DNA from: Candidatus Uhrbacteria bacterium
GTDB lineage: Bacteria > Patescibacteriota > Patescibacteriia > UBA9934 > GWF2-40-263
Assembly: GCA_016188495.1 (NCBI GenBank)
Contig: JACPHU010000023.1
Span: 1-54,870 of the forward strand
Reading direction: 5' to 3'
Length of the DNA stretch: 54,870 nucleotides
The notes beneath the pieces were generated by a model. That model saw nothing but the letters and a program-made list of their open reading frames with translations, had not been told where the DNA came from and did not search any database. Positions 27,471 to 37,812 of this stretch are shown piece by piece. Made by a program: the position numbers and the translations under genes. Position 1 is the first letter of the stretch. Each line of letters starts with the position of its first letter.

Positions 27471-27503
27471 AAAACCGACGTTCACACAAAACGCCGGTTT
27501 TTT
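27471..27503. terminator. bidirectional terminator between the convergent ABC exporter and giant ORF
   Basis: CCGACG (27475-80) / CGCCGG (27492-97) with one mismatch, flanked by A and T runs. Confidence 0.5.
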
Positions 27504-27506
27504 CTG

Positions 27507-30500
27507 TTAAAGCTCTAAACCTATTTCTTCCTTCACTGGAACAAAGCGAAAGGGATAAAGACCATCTCCGGAAATCGCTTCCAAGGCGGGGCCTTCAATC
27601 TTGAAATGGACAACCGCCCCTGTTTTATCAACGAAACGCATCCGCTCAATATAGGCCCTTGCACTAGGATGAGCAATCGCTTGCGCGGAAGTAGTGCCTC
27701 GGCAGTCCATCGTAATGGTTTTTGTATTTAATCGTGGATCGCTTGCAACGTTTCTCATCAAAGCCAGAAGAAGTTTTCCTCCCGTCCCTTTTCCCTTAGC
27801 TGTTGTGGCCGTATCGGTGATATAAATTTCATTCTGTCCTCTTTCAAAAGCAATAAGATACCCGAGGTAATCCGTTTTTTCTTCCGTGTGTTTGGTATGG
27901 ATAAACGCAAGAGGCGGATATCCGCGATGTTCTGTCTGCAAACATGATGCGTACAATTCCCTTGTCATATGTACGAATCCCGTGACGTACTGCTCACCTG
28001 CACTTCGTTCAAAAGCAGACTGTTCCATCAACGCCAAAGCAAATGCATCCTCAGGTCTTGCCGCTCTTAAATCCGGTTGGGATATCTGAGAAACGACCGA
28101 GTGTCCCTCTTGAAGCAAAACGGCCTCCGAAACCATATGCGGATTATCCGAATAGGGAATCAGTGTCTGCCAGATACCTTTATTTTCCGTTCGGGGAAGA
28201 TTCGGTTCATTAAAGTAGGAATATTGCATGCCTACCACAGCCTGTGCTGCATACATCGGCTGTTTAGCGGACATTCTCGTGAATGCGTGCTGGAACAATT
28301 CGTGCATCTTCTTGGGAGTAATCCGTTCTTTCATATTAGGAAGAACTTCCACGCTGTCTAATCCTATTTGATCAGGACTGCGGCTATAACGCTCCAAAAA
28401 GTCATTAATCGTGCCCTTAAATCCGCAGGCTCGCAATGCAGGACCGATCTTTCCCTGATTTTCTAACAGGGCTTGAATGAACGCCTCTCGTTGCGAAGCA
28501 TGTTCAAACAATAACTTATCTTTGGTAAGTGTCGATTGTGCGACCAAATGTTCATCCGTCCACTCAGAAGGTTTCCCTTGACGGCTTTCTTGAAAAATAA
28601 GTTGCGCGGTCCCGGGATTGAAAAGGAAATTTGTCTTTTTTCCATGTCCGAACGCATCGCATTGTCCTGTGGTGGAACCGGCTGTCGCCGACGTCGGATC
28701 GCTCGGAGCCAATACGGCTGCTCGATACCACGTCACCTGGGCTCGAGACTGGACGGCCTTTGTCATCTCCGAAATAACCTCTTTTAATTTATTCCGCAGC
28801 CGCAGATCCGTATCCACGGACGCCGCCAGCCAGTCTTGAGTGCTTTCATACGCCTGTCCTGTCATTCGCTTAGCTAGATTCACCAGATAAGTGTCATCAA
28901 CCCAGCCTGTGGCGAAAATCTCTTCCCAAAAACGGCGAAGTGTTTCTTCCTTATTTCTTGTTTGATGTTTTAAGAGATCCAGAGCAGCTCCTCGAAAACG
29001 CCCTATACGTACTCTGATCGATTCTTCCTCTGCATCAAGTGATGCGAGTTTTTCTTCCTTCTTTTCTAGACGAGGATTGTTAAGAATCTTTCGTCTTCTT
29101 GCAACAAAAGGAGTTAATTCTCTTTTTTCTTGAAAATCATAAGCAAGACGAATAATATTCTCACCCTTCGTTTGTAAATGTGTAAAAAACATCTCTTTGT
29201 GAGACTCTGTGGATATCACATCTAAAAAAAGATCTTTCACAAAAGCCTGGTAACGCTCCTGAAAAAATCGTTCTGAACTTCCATCAAATTTCGTGAACTG
29301 CTCTTGAGCAAACATCAACAATGCTTTTGTTGACAGATCATTTCCCTCATATCGGCTCAATGTTAATTGAACATTTCTTTCCAATTCATCCATCTGGGAA
29401 TTATCAGACCATTCCACACTCACAGGTTTAAACGCGTTTAACCGATCATACACGCCCTCCACCAGTGCGTCGCGTGATTGTTCCGCATTCCACTCCGGAT
29501 AGTTCTCAGGAGACAGAGCGGTAAGCATCTGATCTACAGACGGGTTATGTTCGCCTTCCCCGCTTCGGCTTGAAAAAAGATCTCGAGGAGATTCAATAAA
29601 CTGGCGCACCGCATCCACCTTAACCGTCGGATGACGCATGAGAGCGAGCCCATAGTGCTTGAGTTTAGATTGAGCGGGGGGAATACGAAAAATTGCTTGG
29701 CGAATTTCCGGCGTTTCCAAAAGTTTGATTTCATTTTGAAGACGAAACAGGTTTAATGTATGAATATCGCGCAAGGGAGGAGATTGATCCGGATACATCG
29801 ATTCCTTCTCCAGTGTTTCCATAATGGAGGAAGTCATCGCACCCATGATGTCTCTCAATACGAATGCTTGGTTTCCTGTACCCATCCCTCCCATCTGCAA
29901 TAGACGTTCAACAAAAGGTTTCTGATCTCTTCCTGTTTTAACCTGATAGTCTTTTACGTGTTCTACAAATCTTCCTATACCTTTAAGAAGTTCCCATCGG
30001 TCGCGTAATCCCAAGTAATTCCAAATGAGGCACTCTGCTTTCTTGTCTGCTCCTAAATACTCATAAAGAAATTGGTAGTGACGTTGAATAAAGTATGGAA
30101 ATTCAGAGGCGACAAGATTTTGTCGGATATTCGATTCTAATTCGGATGTCAGATCGATCGGAAAAGAAGCTTCTTTAAGGCGTGTATAAACAGAGGAAAT
30201 CTCGTGATCTCTTATATTCATTTTTTTAAGCTGATCAAGAACGCGCAGGATTTGTGTTTTTCGTTTACCTTCAGTAAGTAATGAGAGCATCTGATCAATT
30301 TTTCGGGCAGACTGATTGCTTGGCCATTTCAACTCACTTTCTAATTTATCGAAAATAACATCCTCTGAAATCACTTCTGCATCTGGTTTGAGTCCAAAAA
30401 ACGGTTGTAACTCAGCCAAAACAAACAAATCGTCACCTGACTCTCTCCATGCATACTTATACAATAAACGGATCTCCTTTAACGACACACCAGCCTCCAG

Positions 30501-31268
30501 AACAGTCGTTTCACCCGAACGATAAATTTTTGAAATACGACCAAATTTTAATCCCAAATGTTCTGAATCGAGAACGTCCACATACGCTGCCTGGATGATT
30601 TGCCTTACATCGACCAGAGCGACAACAGAGGAGGGAAGGGTTTTTTTATTTTCAAGAAATGACAGGCGTCCTTCAGGTGATTGTAACGATGCATCTATCA
30701 ATTCTTTTTGTTCTTTTTCAGAAAAAATCGTCCAGGGAATATTGGCTAGTTTGGATCCGATAAACTTCTGCTCAGAGGATTGCCAACGTTTTTTGATCCA
30801 CAGTTGAGAAAATGTCACTTGCGCTTCTGTTGGAAGTTCTCGCGGATCAAGCGACAACTCGCTTGTAAACCTATCTAAAAAAGACTCGTCTTGCCGCAAC
30901 GAATCCGGAAGACAAAGATAAAAATCTGAATAACGTATGTGAAATATATCCGACAGTTTAGCCAAAAAAATTCTTGCGACATCTTCTTGAAGAAGGGTAT
31001 ACCAAAATTGCTCGTCACGATCTACATTAGGAACAATATCTGTAATAAAATCCTTAAGAGAGCGATAACCACCATTGACCCATTCTTGATTGCTCTCATC
31101 GTAATATTCATCCGCTGTCCAATTATATTCGCGGATCTTTTTTACGATTCCTTTTCCAAGCTCCTCTTCTAAAAGTTCGTCTGGCGTACAGGGGGGGGTG
31201 ACCTCTTTAGACTCATGGAGTAGTGAATCTGTTTGTTGTTTAAACGATTCGCGTTGATATTTCTTCAT
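27507..31268 (-). CDS. giant hypothetical protein (about 1250 aa) with a C-terminal GNAT-like acetyltransferase domain
   Basis: Uninterrupted ORF, very AT-rich, mostly helical K/E-rich sequence. The last roughly 190 aa contain IYITDTATTAKGKGTGGKLLLALMRNVA (GNAT beta4-alpha3 acetyl-CoA motif). The ORF is open to 31349, but that extension overlaps the Nudix gene, so Met at 31268 is preferred. Confidence 0.6.
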   Translation of the reverse strand: MKKYQRESFKQQTDSLLHESKEVTPPCTPDELLEEELGKGIVKKIREYNWTADEYYDESNQEWVNGGYRSLKDFITDIVPNVDRDEQFWYTLLQEDVARIFLAKLSDIFHIRYSDFYLCLPDSLRQDESFLDRFTSELSLDPRELPTEAQVTFSQLWIKKRWQSSEQKFIGSKLANIPWTIFSEKEQKELIDASLQSPEGRLSFLENKKTLPSSVVALVDVRQIIQAAYVDVLDSEHLGLKFGRISKIYRSGETTVLEAGVSLKEIRLLYKYAWRESGDDLFVLAELQPFFGLKPDAEVISEDVIFDKLESELKWPSNQSARKIDQMLSLLTEGKRKTQILRVLDQLKKMNIRDHEISSVYTRLKEASFPIDLTSELESNIRQNLVASEFPYFIQRHYQFLYEYLGADKKAECLIWNYLGLRDRWELLKGIGRFVEHVKDYQVKTGRDQKPFVERLLQMGGMGTGNQAFVLRDIMGAMTSSIMETLEKESMYPDQSPPLRDIHTLNLFRLQNEIKLLETPEIRQAIFRIPPAQSKLKHYGLALMRHPTVKVDAVRQFIESPRDLFSSRSGEGEHNPSVDQMLTALSPENYPEWNAEQSRDALVEGVYDRLNAFKPVSVEWSDNSQMDELERNVQLTLSRYEGNDLSTKALLMFAQEQFTKFDGSSERFFQERYQAFVKDLFLDVISTESHKEMFFTHLQTKGENIIRLAYDFQEKRELTPFVARRRKILNNPRLEKKEEKLASLDAEEESIRVRIGRFRGAALDLLKHQTRNKEETLRRFWEEIFATGWVDDTYLVNLAKRMTGQAYESTQDWLAASVDTDLRLRNKLKEVISEMTKAVQSRAQVTWYRAAVLAPSDPTSATAGSTTGQCDAFGHGKKTNFLFNPGTAQLIFQESRQGKPSEWTDEHLVAQSTLTKDKLLFEHASQREAFIQALLENQGKIGPALRACGFKGTINDFLERYSRSPDQIGLDSVEVLPNMKERITPKKMHELFQHAFTRMSAKQPMYAAQAVVGMQYSYFNEPNLPRTENKGIWQTLIPYSDNPHMVSEAVLLQEGHSVVSQISQPDLRAARPEDAFALALMEQSAFERSAGEQYVTGFVHMTRELYASCLQTEHRGYPPLAFIHTKHTEEKTDYLGYLIAFERGQNEIYITDTATTAKGKGTGGKLLLALMRNVASDPRLNTKTITMDCRGTTSAQAIAHPSARAYIERMRFVDKTGAVVHFKIEGPALEAISGDGLYPFRFVPVKEEIGLEL

Positions 31269-31285
31269 ATGTTGTTGTAAAAATT

Positions 31286-31852
31286 CTATCCGTAAATCAT
31301 TCTGTAAAACGCTTCGCGGCTGGCAGGATCGTATTTCGCACGAATACATTTCTCTCGGATGGTTTCGCAGACACGTTTCAACTGATGCGAATCGACCAGT
31401 TCGATAAACTCATCAAAGGTCACAAACAACACTTCAATCCGTTCTCCTGGATCAAGATGTTGTTCGCTTATTTTCTCACAGTTACGTGCAGCATAAATAA
31501 AATTTTTCCAATCCACCTTATTGGAACCGTCGTAGGTATCCAAATGTGTCCATAACTCTGAAGCGTAACCGGTCTCTTCGAGCATCTCCCGATGGGCGGC
31601 TTCAAGCGGATCCTCCCCTTCTTCTATCCGACCTCCAACCAAAGACAAGAAGGCGATGTCGCTATCAGGCTGCTCTTGGCGCTGGATGATGATTTTACCC
31701 TCAGGAGTCGTGGCAATAATTTCCACCGTATATGAACGCCGGAGTTTCTCAAAAATCTCCTTGGTGCCGTCATACATTTCCTGTTCCCACTGGTAGACAT
31801 CAAAAATCTGTCCTTTAAAAACCCGCTTCGCTTGTGTTGGTATTTCTCCCAT
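31286..31852 (-). CDS. Nudix hydrolase
   Basis: Nudix box GGRIEEGEDPLEAAHREMLEETGY. It starts 4 nt after the leuS stop. Confidence 0.75.
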   Translation of the reverse strand: MGEIPTQAKRVFKGQIFDVYQWEQEMYDGTKEIFEKLRRSYTVEIIATTPEGKIIIQRQEQPDSDIAFLSLVGGRIEEGEDPLEAAHREMLEETGYASELWTHLDTYDGSNKVDWKNFIYAARNCEKISEQHLDPGERIEVLFVTFDEFIELVDSHQLKRVCETIREKCIRAKYDPASREAFYRMIYG

Positions 31853-31855
31853 AGA

Positions 31856-34165
31856 TTATTTAAGAACGATATTGAAAATTCGCCCAGGGACATACACGAT
31901 TTTGACGATCTCTTTCCCTTCTACATATTTCTGGACATTCGCTTGGGCAAGAGCGATGGTCTGTGCCGTTTGTTGATCAGCGTCGGGTGCTAGCGCAATG
32001 GTCGCACGGGCTTTCCCGTTAATCTGCACGGCCATTTCAATAGAAGTCTGGACCAGAAGTGCTTCATCAAACGTGGGCCATGGTTGTTCCTCCACAAGCC
32101 CAGTCTCCCCGATCATCTCCCAACACTCATTGGCAAGATGGGGAGCAAAAGGTCCCAAAACAATCAAACAGCGTTTTAATTGATCGCGAGTCATGACCTT
32201 GTCTGTCAGATCATTGAACAAACGCATGAATGCGGACACAGCCGTATTGAACTTGAATGCATCGATATCATCAGAAACTTTTTTCAGATGCGGCTCGATC
32301 ACGGTTCCAAGATCTTGCGCATTGGTCTCATTCCAACCAGAGGCGTATCTCTCAACCTTATCCAAAAAGCGACGCACGCCGATGAGTCCGTTTAAGCTCC
32401 AGGGCACAGGCTCCTCAAACGGCCCCATGAACAAGATATACAGGCGAAGAGAATCCGCTCCGTACTCGCGGACGATCTCGTCCGGATTGACGACATTGCC
32501 TTTGGACTTGCTCATTTTTGTTCCGTCAGAGGCCAAGACAAGCCCATGGCTATGACGACGCGTGTAAGGTTCACTCACAGGAACATGTCCTCGATCAAAT
32601 AAAACCTTATTCCAAAACCTGGAGTACAGCAGATGCAGAGTCGTGTGTTCCATTCCCCCGTTATAAAGATCTACCGGCATCCACTGTTTCAGTTTTTCTT
32701 GAGAGGCAAACGCTTCGTTATTGTGCGGGTCGATATAACGCAAGAAATACCAGCTTGATCCGGCCCAGTTAGGCATCGTGTCTGTCTCGCGCTTGGCAGG
32801 ATTACCACACATGGGACAGGTTGTGTTCACCCACGCATCAATCGTTGCCAAAGGCGATTCGCCTGTATCTGTTGGTTCGTATTTTTCTACCTCAGGCAAC
32901 ACGACAGGCAATTGATTTTCAGGAACAGGAATCCATCCTCCCGTTTCTGGTGAACAGTGCTTGCACTGCACAAGGGGAATTGGCTCTCCCCAATATCGCT
33001 GACGGGAAAACACCCAGTCACGGAGTTTATACTGCACGGTCTTTCTGCCTCCTGTGCGCTCAAGCGCTTCATCAAACGAAACAAAAGGCTTATCAACAAT
33101 AGGAAGACTAAATTGCATGGCAAATGCACGATCGCGCTCATCATGCTGCGGCACGGCCATAATGGCCCCAGTGCCGTATCCCATCAGTACATAATCAGCA
33201 ACCCACACAGGAATTTTTTCCTGCGTGGCAGGATTGATCGCAAAACTTCCGGTAAAGACACCAGTCTTCGTTTTTTCCTCATTGCCGCGCTCAATGTCTG
33301 TTTTGGCAGACGCTTGCCGCACATACTGTTCCACCTCAGTGCGTTGAAAATCTGTTGTAAGACGTCCGACCAATGGATGTTCTGGTGCCACGACCATGTA
33401 CGTCACACCAAAAATTGTGTCCGGTCGCGTTGTAAACACCGTAATTTTTTGTTCCATTCCCTCCACAGGAAAATCAATCTCTGCCCCTTCGCTTTTTCCG
33501 ATCCAGTTGCGCTGCTGTGTTTTAATTTTCTCAAGATAGTCGACGGTCTCTAAATCCTGCAATAAACGCTCAGCATATTTGGTAATGGCGATCATCCATT
33601 GTTCCTTGTCGCGTTTTTCTACACGCCCACCGCAGCGTTCGCACACACCACTCACCACCTCTTCATTGGCAAGACCGATCTTGCATGAGGTGCACCAATT
33701 GATAGCCATCTTTGCTTTATAGGCAAGACCCGCTTTAAAAAATTCCAAAAACATCCATTGGGTCCACTTATAATACGCGGGGTCTGTGGTATTCACTTCT
33801 CTGGACCAATCAAAAGAAAGTCCGAGGCTCTTTAATTGGCGGCGGAACGTGTCGGTATTTTCACGTGTGATCTCTTGAGGCTTACGACCTGTTTTGATGG
33901 CGTAATTTTCTGTGGGAAGGCCGAAGGCATCCCACCCTATCGGATACAAAACGTTATAGCCTTGATGACGTTTTTTGCGAGAAAGCACATCAAGCGCGGT
34001 ATAGCTGCGCGGATGTCCAATATGAAGACCGGCACCCGATGGATAAGGAAACTCAATCAGACAATAAAATTTTGGCTTATCCACCCCTTCTTGTGCCTGA
34101 AAAACACAGGAGGATTCCCACCTTTCTTGCCACTTCTTTTCTATTTCTTGATGGTTATATGACAT
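31856..34165 (-). CDS. leuS: leucyl-tRNA synthetase
   Basis: FPYPSGAGLHIGHPRSY (HIGH) and KMSKSKGN (KMSKS). 769 aa. Confidence 0.9.
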   Translation of the reverse strand: MSYNHQEIEKKWQERWESSCVFQAQEGVDKPKFYCLIEFPYPSGAGLHIGHPRSYTALDVLSRKKRHQGYNVLYPIGWDAFGLPTENYAIKTGRKPQEITRENTDTFRRQLKSLGLSFDWSREVNTTDPAYYKWTQWMFLEFFKAGLAYKAKMAINWCTSCKIGLANEEVVSGVCERCGGRVEKRDKEQWMIAITKYAERLLQDLETVDYLEKIKTQQRNWIGKSEGAEIDFPVEGMEQKITVFTTRPDTIFGVTYMVVAPEHPLVGRLTTDFQRTEVEQYVRQASAKTDIERGNEEKTKTGVFTGSFAINPATQEKIPVWVADYVLMGYGTGAIMAVPQHDERDRAFAMQFSLPIVDKPFVSFDEALERTGGRKTVQYKLRDWVFSRQRYWGEPIPLVQCKHCSPETGGWIPVPENQLPVVLPEVEKYEPTDTGESPLATIDAWVNTTCPMCGNPAKRETDTMPNWAGSSWYFLRYIDPHNNEAFASQEKLKQWMPVDLYNGGMEHTTLHLLYSRFWNKVLFDRGHVPVSEPYTRRHSHGLVLASDGTKMSKSKGNVVNPDEIVREYGADSLRLYILFMGPFEEPVPWSLNGLIGVRRFLDKVERYASGWNETNAQDLGTVIEPHLKKVSDDIDAFKFNTAVSAFMRLFNDLTDKVMTRDQLKRCLIVLGPFAPHLANECWEMIGETGLVEEQPWPTFDEALLVQTSIEMAVQINGKARATIALAPDADQQTAQTIALAQANVQKYVEGKEIVKIVYVPGRIFNIVLK

Positions 34166-34265
34166 ATGGACAGATCATAACAAAAACGGCTTTTTTAAGC
34201 CAAACAATTGACGTTTCTCGTATATTCTTTTAAGTTAACCCGGCAACTGAACCAAAGGAGGTCAC

Positions 34266-35123
34266 GTGTACGATTTATTCGTATTCGGCCATCGAGAATT
34301 TAGTCTCATAGATGCAAGGCGAATCTTTCTCTCAGACAACGCCTTCTACGTTGCGGGTGATCTTGCGGCAAGTTCACTCAATCCTTCAATCCTCACAGAC
34401 ATCAATAGCACGAGTTCCATGAAAGACCATGTAACTCTTGCGAAGCAATGGCTTGAAAAGCTCTTGAAGCATTACCCGGGTTTTAGTCCCTGGGAACAGT
34501 TCTTAGTGGAAGCCATCCTTTTGAATAAAGCCGCGCTGATCCTCACCAATCTGGGGTACATGGGAAGTTTTTCCGCTTCCTTGGGAGCAATGATCCAACA
34601 ACGCATGACTCTCGTATTGTCTGTTGTGGAAAAGAATCAATGGTCGCGTATTCAGGGAATGCACAAGCTTCGCGGGGTGGACGGCGATCAGTGGAAGCGG
34701 CATATTACCGGTGCAGATGCGGCAGCCTATGTGCTTACGTCGCTGGCAAATAGGGAGAATGCCAGAATTTTTCTTCCCAGCATCTACGAAGACGCAAAAG
34801 ACGGTATCGATCTATTCTGGCTGGAGCACCCGTTTCGAATCGCGGTAAGTGTAAAATGCGTGCGGGGAAGCGAAATTCAGGCATGGCACGCGACACAGGA
34901 AATGACAGAAACAAGTCGGATAGACATGGAACGGTTGTTGAAAGGCTTGCGCCACATCCAAATGTTTCCGGGGGTTGATGTAGAACCGGTCGTGGTTCAT
35001 GTGGGAAATATAAATGGAGGTTCTGTTTCGACAGGGAACTTCAACATCAACTGGGCCGAAGAGCTACTCACCCAGATACATGCTCAACGAAGACGCGGAC
35101 TGCTTTCTTTGGTAAGAGAATAA
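34266..35123 (+). CDS. hypothetical protein with a possible PD-(D/E)xK (Mrr-like) nuclease core
   Basis: GTG start. EDAKDGIDLFWLEHPFRIAVSVKC resembles the D-G-x-D ... x-V-K core of Mrr-type restriction endonuclease folds. Confidence 0.3.
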   Translation: MYDLFVFGHREFSLIDARRIFLSDNAFYVAGDLAASSLNPSILTDINSTSSMKDHVTLAKQWLEKLLKHYPGFSPWEQFLVEAILLNKAALILTNLGYMGSFSASLGAMIQQRMTLVLSVVEKNQWSRIQGMHKLRGVDGDQWKRHITGADAAAYVLTSLANRENARIFLPSIYEDAKDGIDLFWLEHPFRIAVSVKCVRGSEIQAWHATQEMTETSRIDMERLLKGLRHIQMFPGVDVEPVVVHVGNINGGSVSTGNFNINWAEELLTQIHAQRRRGLLSLVRE

Positions 35124-35134
35124 TGAAAACACTG

Positions 35135-35160
35135 ACCGTCTCTCAACAGAGGCGGTTTTA
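35135..35160. terminator. bidirectional terminator between convergent genes
   Basis: ACCGTCTC (35135-42) / GAGGCGGT (35149-56) with one G-U pair, followed by a T-run. Confidence 0.5.
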
Positions 35161-36381
35161 TATTTTCATCGCCTGTTCAAGCCGTTCAAGAGCGATGACA
35201 AATGCAGCACGACGTAAGTCTGTGTGAAGATCTTGGGATCTGTGAAAAATAAGCTGTGCCTCTTGATGCATAATGCTTTTAAGTTTCGCAAACACATCTT
35301 CCTCGCTCCAGTGTTCATGTTTCACATTTTGTTCCCATTCAAATGTCGAAACGGTAACGCCGCCTGCATTAGCGAGAATATCCGGAATCACAGCAATACC
35401 GCGCGCGAACAACCTGTCATCAGCTTCAGGCGTCGTTGGACCGTTGGCAAGCTCCAGGACAATGTGTGCTCGTAAACGATCGACATTATCTTCTCGAATC
35501 TGATTTTCCAACGCCGCTGGAATCAACACGTCACATTCTTGATACAGTAATTCATCTCTTTCAAATGTTTCACCTCCGGCAAACCCAGCCACAGATCCTG
35601 TGGCTTTTTTATGTTCATACAATGCCAACACATCCAACCCTTCCGGATTTCGTATCGCGGCTTTGGAATCAGACGTGGCAACCAGTTTGTGGCCGGCTTT
35701 TGTCCAAATATCTGCCGCATGTTCACCAGCGTTCCCAAAACCTTGGATGACAACCTTGCAGACTTCTGGCAAACCAAGTTTTTCTTTCAATGCTTCAAAG
35801 ACGTAAAAACCTCCCTGCGCAGTAGCCGTTGCACGGCCTTGCGAACCCCCTGCCTCCAGAGGTTTACCCGTAATCACCGCCCCGGTCGTGTCCCCTGTCC
35901 TTTTTGCATACTCATCGGCCATCCAAGCCATAATCTCAGGAGTGGTATTCACGTCAGGAGCTGGGACATCTTTCTGCGGACCCACAACATCGACAAGCGA
36001 TCGCATCCAAGCGCGTGACAAGGCTTCGAGTTCTGTTTCTGAGAGCTCTTTTGGATTCACGGTTACTCCTCCCTTTCCTCCACCCATCGGAATATTGGCG
36101 ACCGCGCATTTAAGCGTCATCCAAAAAGCCAGTGCTTTGACTTCTTCCATATCGGTGTCTTGATGAAACCGAATTCCTCCTTTGTAGGGTCCACGGGCAT
36201 TGTTAAATTGGACGCGATATCCTTCGTAAATATTCAATGTTCCGTTATCCATGTTAACAGGAAGAGAAACGCGAATCTGTCGATTAGGTTGGGCAATGCG
36301 CTTCAAAAAATCAGCAGGAAAAGAAACAAGTTTTGTGGCTCGCTCAAGCTGAGAGAGAGCGTTTTGGAATGGAGTATTCAT
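35158..36381 (-). CDS. gdhA: NAD(P)-specific glutamate dehydrogenase
   Basis: KGGIRFH, PMGGGKGGV and GFGNAG motifs. Confidence 0.85.
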   Translation of the reverse strand: MNTPFQNALSQLERATKLVSFPADFLKRIAQPNRQIRVSLPVNMDNGTLNIYEGYRVQFNNARGPYKGGIRFHQDTDMEEVKALAFWMTLKCAVANIPMGGGKGGVTVNPKELSETELEALSRAWMRSLVDVVGPQKDVPAPDVNTTPEIMAWMADEYAKRTGDTTGAVITGKPLEAGGSQGRATATAQGGFYVFEALKEKLGLPEVCKVVIQGFGNAGEHAADIWTKAGHKLVATSDSKAAIRNPEGLDVLALYEHKKATGSVAGFAGGETFERDELLYQECDVLIPAALENQIREDNVDRLRAHIVLELANGPTTPEADDRLFARGIAVIPDILANAGGVTVSTFEWEQNVKHEHWSEEDVFAKLKSIMHQEAQLIFHRSQDLHTDLRRAAFVIALERLEQAMKI

Positions 36382-36413
36382 AGTCTTAAAACGGTATCAC
36401 TTCCCCACATAAA

Positions 36414-36446
36414 CAAAAAGCAAGGCTCGTTAAACCTTGCTTTTTT
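36414..36446 (-). terminator. intrinsic terminator after trxB
   Basis: AAAAGCAAGG (36416-25) / CCTTGCTTTT (36435-44). Confidence 0.55.
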
Positions 36447-36464
36447 CTCAAAAAACTCTTGAAA

Positions 36465-37403
36465 CTATTCTTGACCAGCCAACCAACGTTCAGCGTCTAA
36501 AGCTGCCATACATCCCGTTCCAGCGGCCGTGATGGCCTGACGATAGACGTGGTCGGCAACATCCCCTCCGGCAAAAACACCTTCGATATTCGTGGCGGTA
36601 GATCCGGATTTGGTGACGATATATCCTTTTTGATCCAATTCGATCTGACCTTCAAAAATCTGTGTGTTGGGTTTGTGGCCAATGGCGACAAACAATCCAT
36701 CGGCTTTGATTTCACTTGTTTGGTTTGTTTGATTATTCAAAACTCTCACTCCTGTCATTTTCGTTGCGTCTCCCAACACCTCCTGAACTTCTGTATTCCA
36801 GACAAAACGAATTTTTGGGTTCTTCATGGCACGCTCTTGCATAATCTTTGAAGCGCGCAGCTGATCCCGGCGATGAATGATGGTAACACCAGAGGCGAAA
36901 CGAGTAAGAAACAAAGACTCTTCTAACGCAGAATCTCCTCCGCCTACCACCAAAATCTCCTTATCTTTAAAGAAAAATCCGTCGCAAGTGGCGCAGGCGC
37001 TCACTCCATGACCTTGATACTGTTCTTCTCCAGGGACTCCGATCCACATAGCTTGGGCACCCGTGCAAATAATAACCGTACGAGCAAAAACGTCTTTTCC
37101 TCCAGCTGTTAATTTAAACGGACGGATCGAAAAATCGACCTGCGTGACGTCTTCAGAAACAATACGTGTTTCAAAACGCTGTGCCTGCTTCTTGAACTTG
37201 TCCATCATTTCTGGACCCATCAAGCCTTCTGGAAACCCAGGAAAATTTTCTACCTCGGTTGTAAGCATGAGCTGTCCTCCCGGTTGTCCTCCAAGACGCT
37301 GGCCTTCAAATAACAGAGGTTTCATATCTGCGCGAGCGGCGTAAATAGCGGCTGTATACCCGGCAGGGCCAGATCCGATAATGACAACGTTTTCGACATC
37401 CAT
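36465..37403 (-). CDS. trxB: thioredoxin-disulfide reductase
   Basis: IIGSGPAGYTAAIYAAR and redox-active CATCDG. Confidence 0.9.
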   Translation of the reverse strand: MDVENVVIIGSGPAGYTAAIYAARADMKPLLFEGQRLGGQPGGQLMLTTEVENFPGFPEGLMGPEMMDKFKKQAQRFETRIVSEDVTQVDFSIRPFKLTAGGKDVFARTVIICTGAQAMWIGVPGEEQYQGHGVSACATCDGFFFKDKEILVVGGGDSALEESLFLTRFASGVTIIHRRDQLRASKIMQERAMKNPKIRFVWNTEVQEVLGDATKMTGVRVLNNQTNQTSEIKADGLFVAIGHKPNTQIFEGQIELDQKGYIVTKSGSTATNIEGVFAGGDVADHVYRQAITAAGTGCMAALDAERWLAGQE

Positions 37404-37406
37404 ACA

Positions 37407-37724
37407 TTAAAGATGACGCTGAATTTTCTCTCGAAGTTGGTCCTTAGACATAGATCCGGAAAACTGTTCAACCACCTGTCCTCCTTTAAAAATAATAAAG
37501 GTTGGAATAGAGAGGATATTAAATTTCTGAGCAATCGCAGAATGCTCGTCTACGTTTACTTTTCCTACAATAATCTCTTCCATCTCCATGGCAAGCGATT
37601 CCACAATAGGCGACATCACTTTGCAAGGACCACACCAAGGAGCCCAAAAATCAACAATAACAGGTTTTTTCGCTTGTAAAACAGAAACATCAAAATTTTC
37701 AGACGTAAGAATAAGTTCCGACAT
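37407..37724 (-). CDS. trxA: thioredoxin
   Basis: WAPWCGPCK active site. 105 aa. Confidence 0.9.
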   Translation of the reverse strand: MSELILTSENFDVSVLQAKKPVIVDFWAPWCGPCKVMSPIVESLAMEMEEIIVGKVNVDEHSAIAQKFNILSIPTFIIFKGGQVVEQFSGSMSKDQLREKIQRHL

Positions 37725-37774
37725 AAAAAGAGGATTAAATGAATTGCAAAGTCATTTTAAAGGGCATCCTTTAT

Positions 37775-37810
37775 AAAGTAAACACGACCCCTTGTGAGAG
37801 GTCGTGTTTT
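37775..37810 (-). terminator. terminator-like hairpin after infB
   Basis: AAACACGACC (37780-89) / GGTCGTGTTT (37800-09). Confidence 0.45.
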
Positions 37811-37812
37811 AC

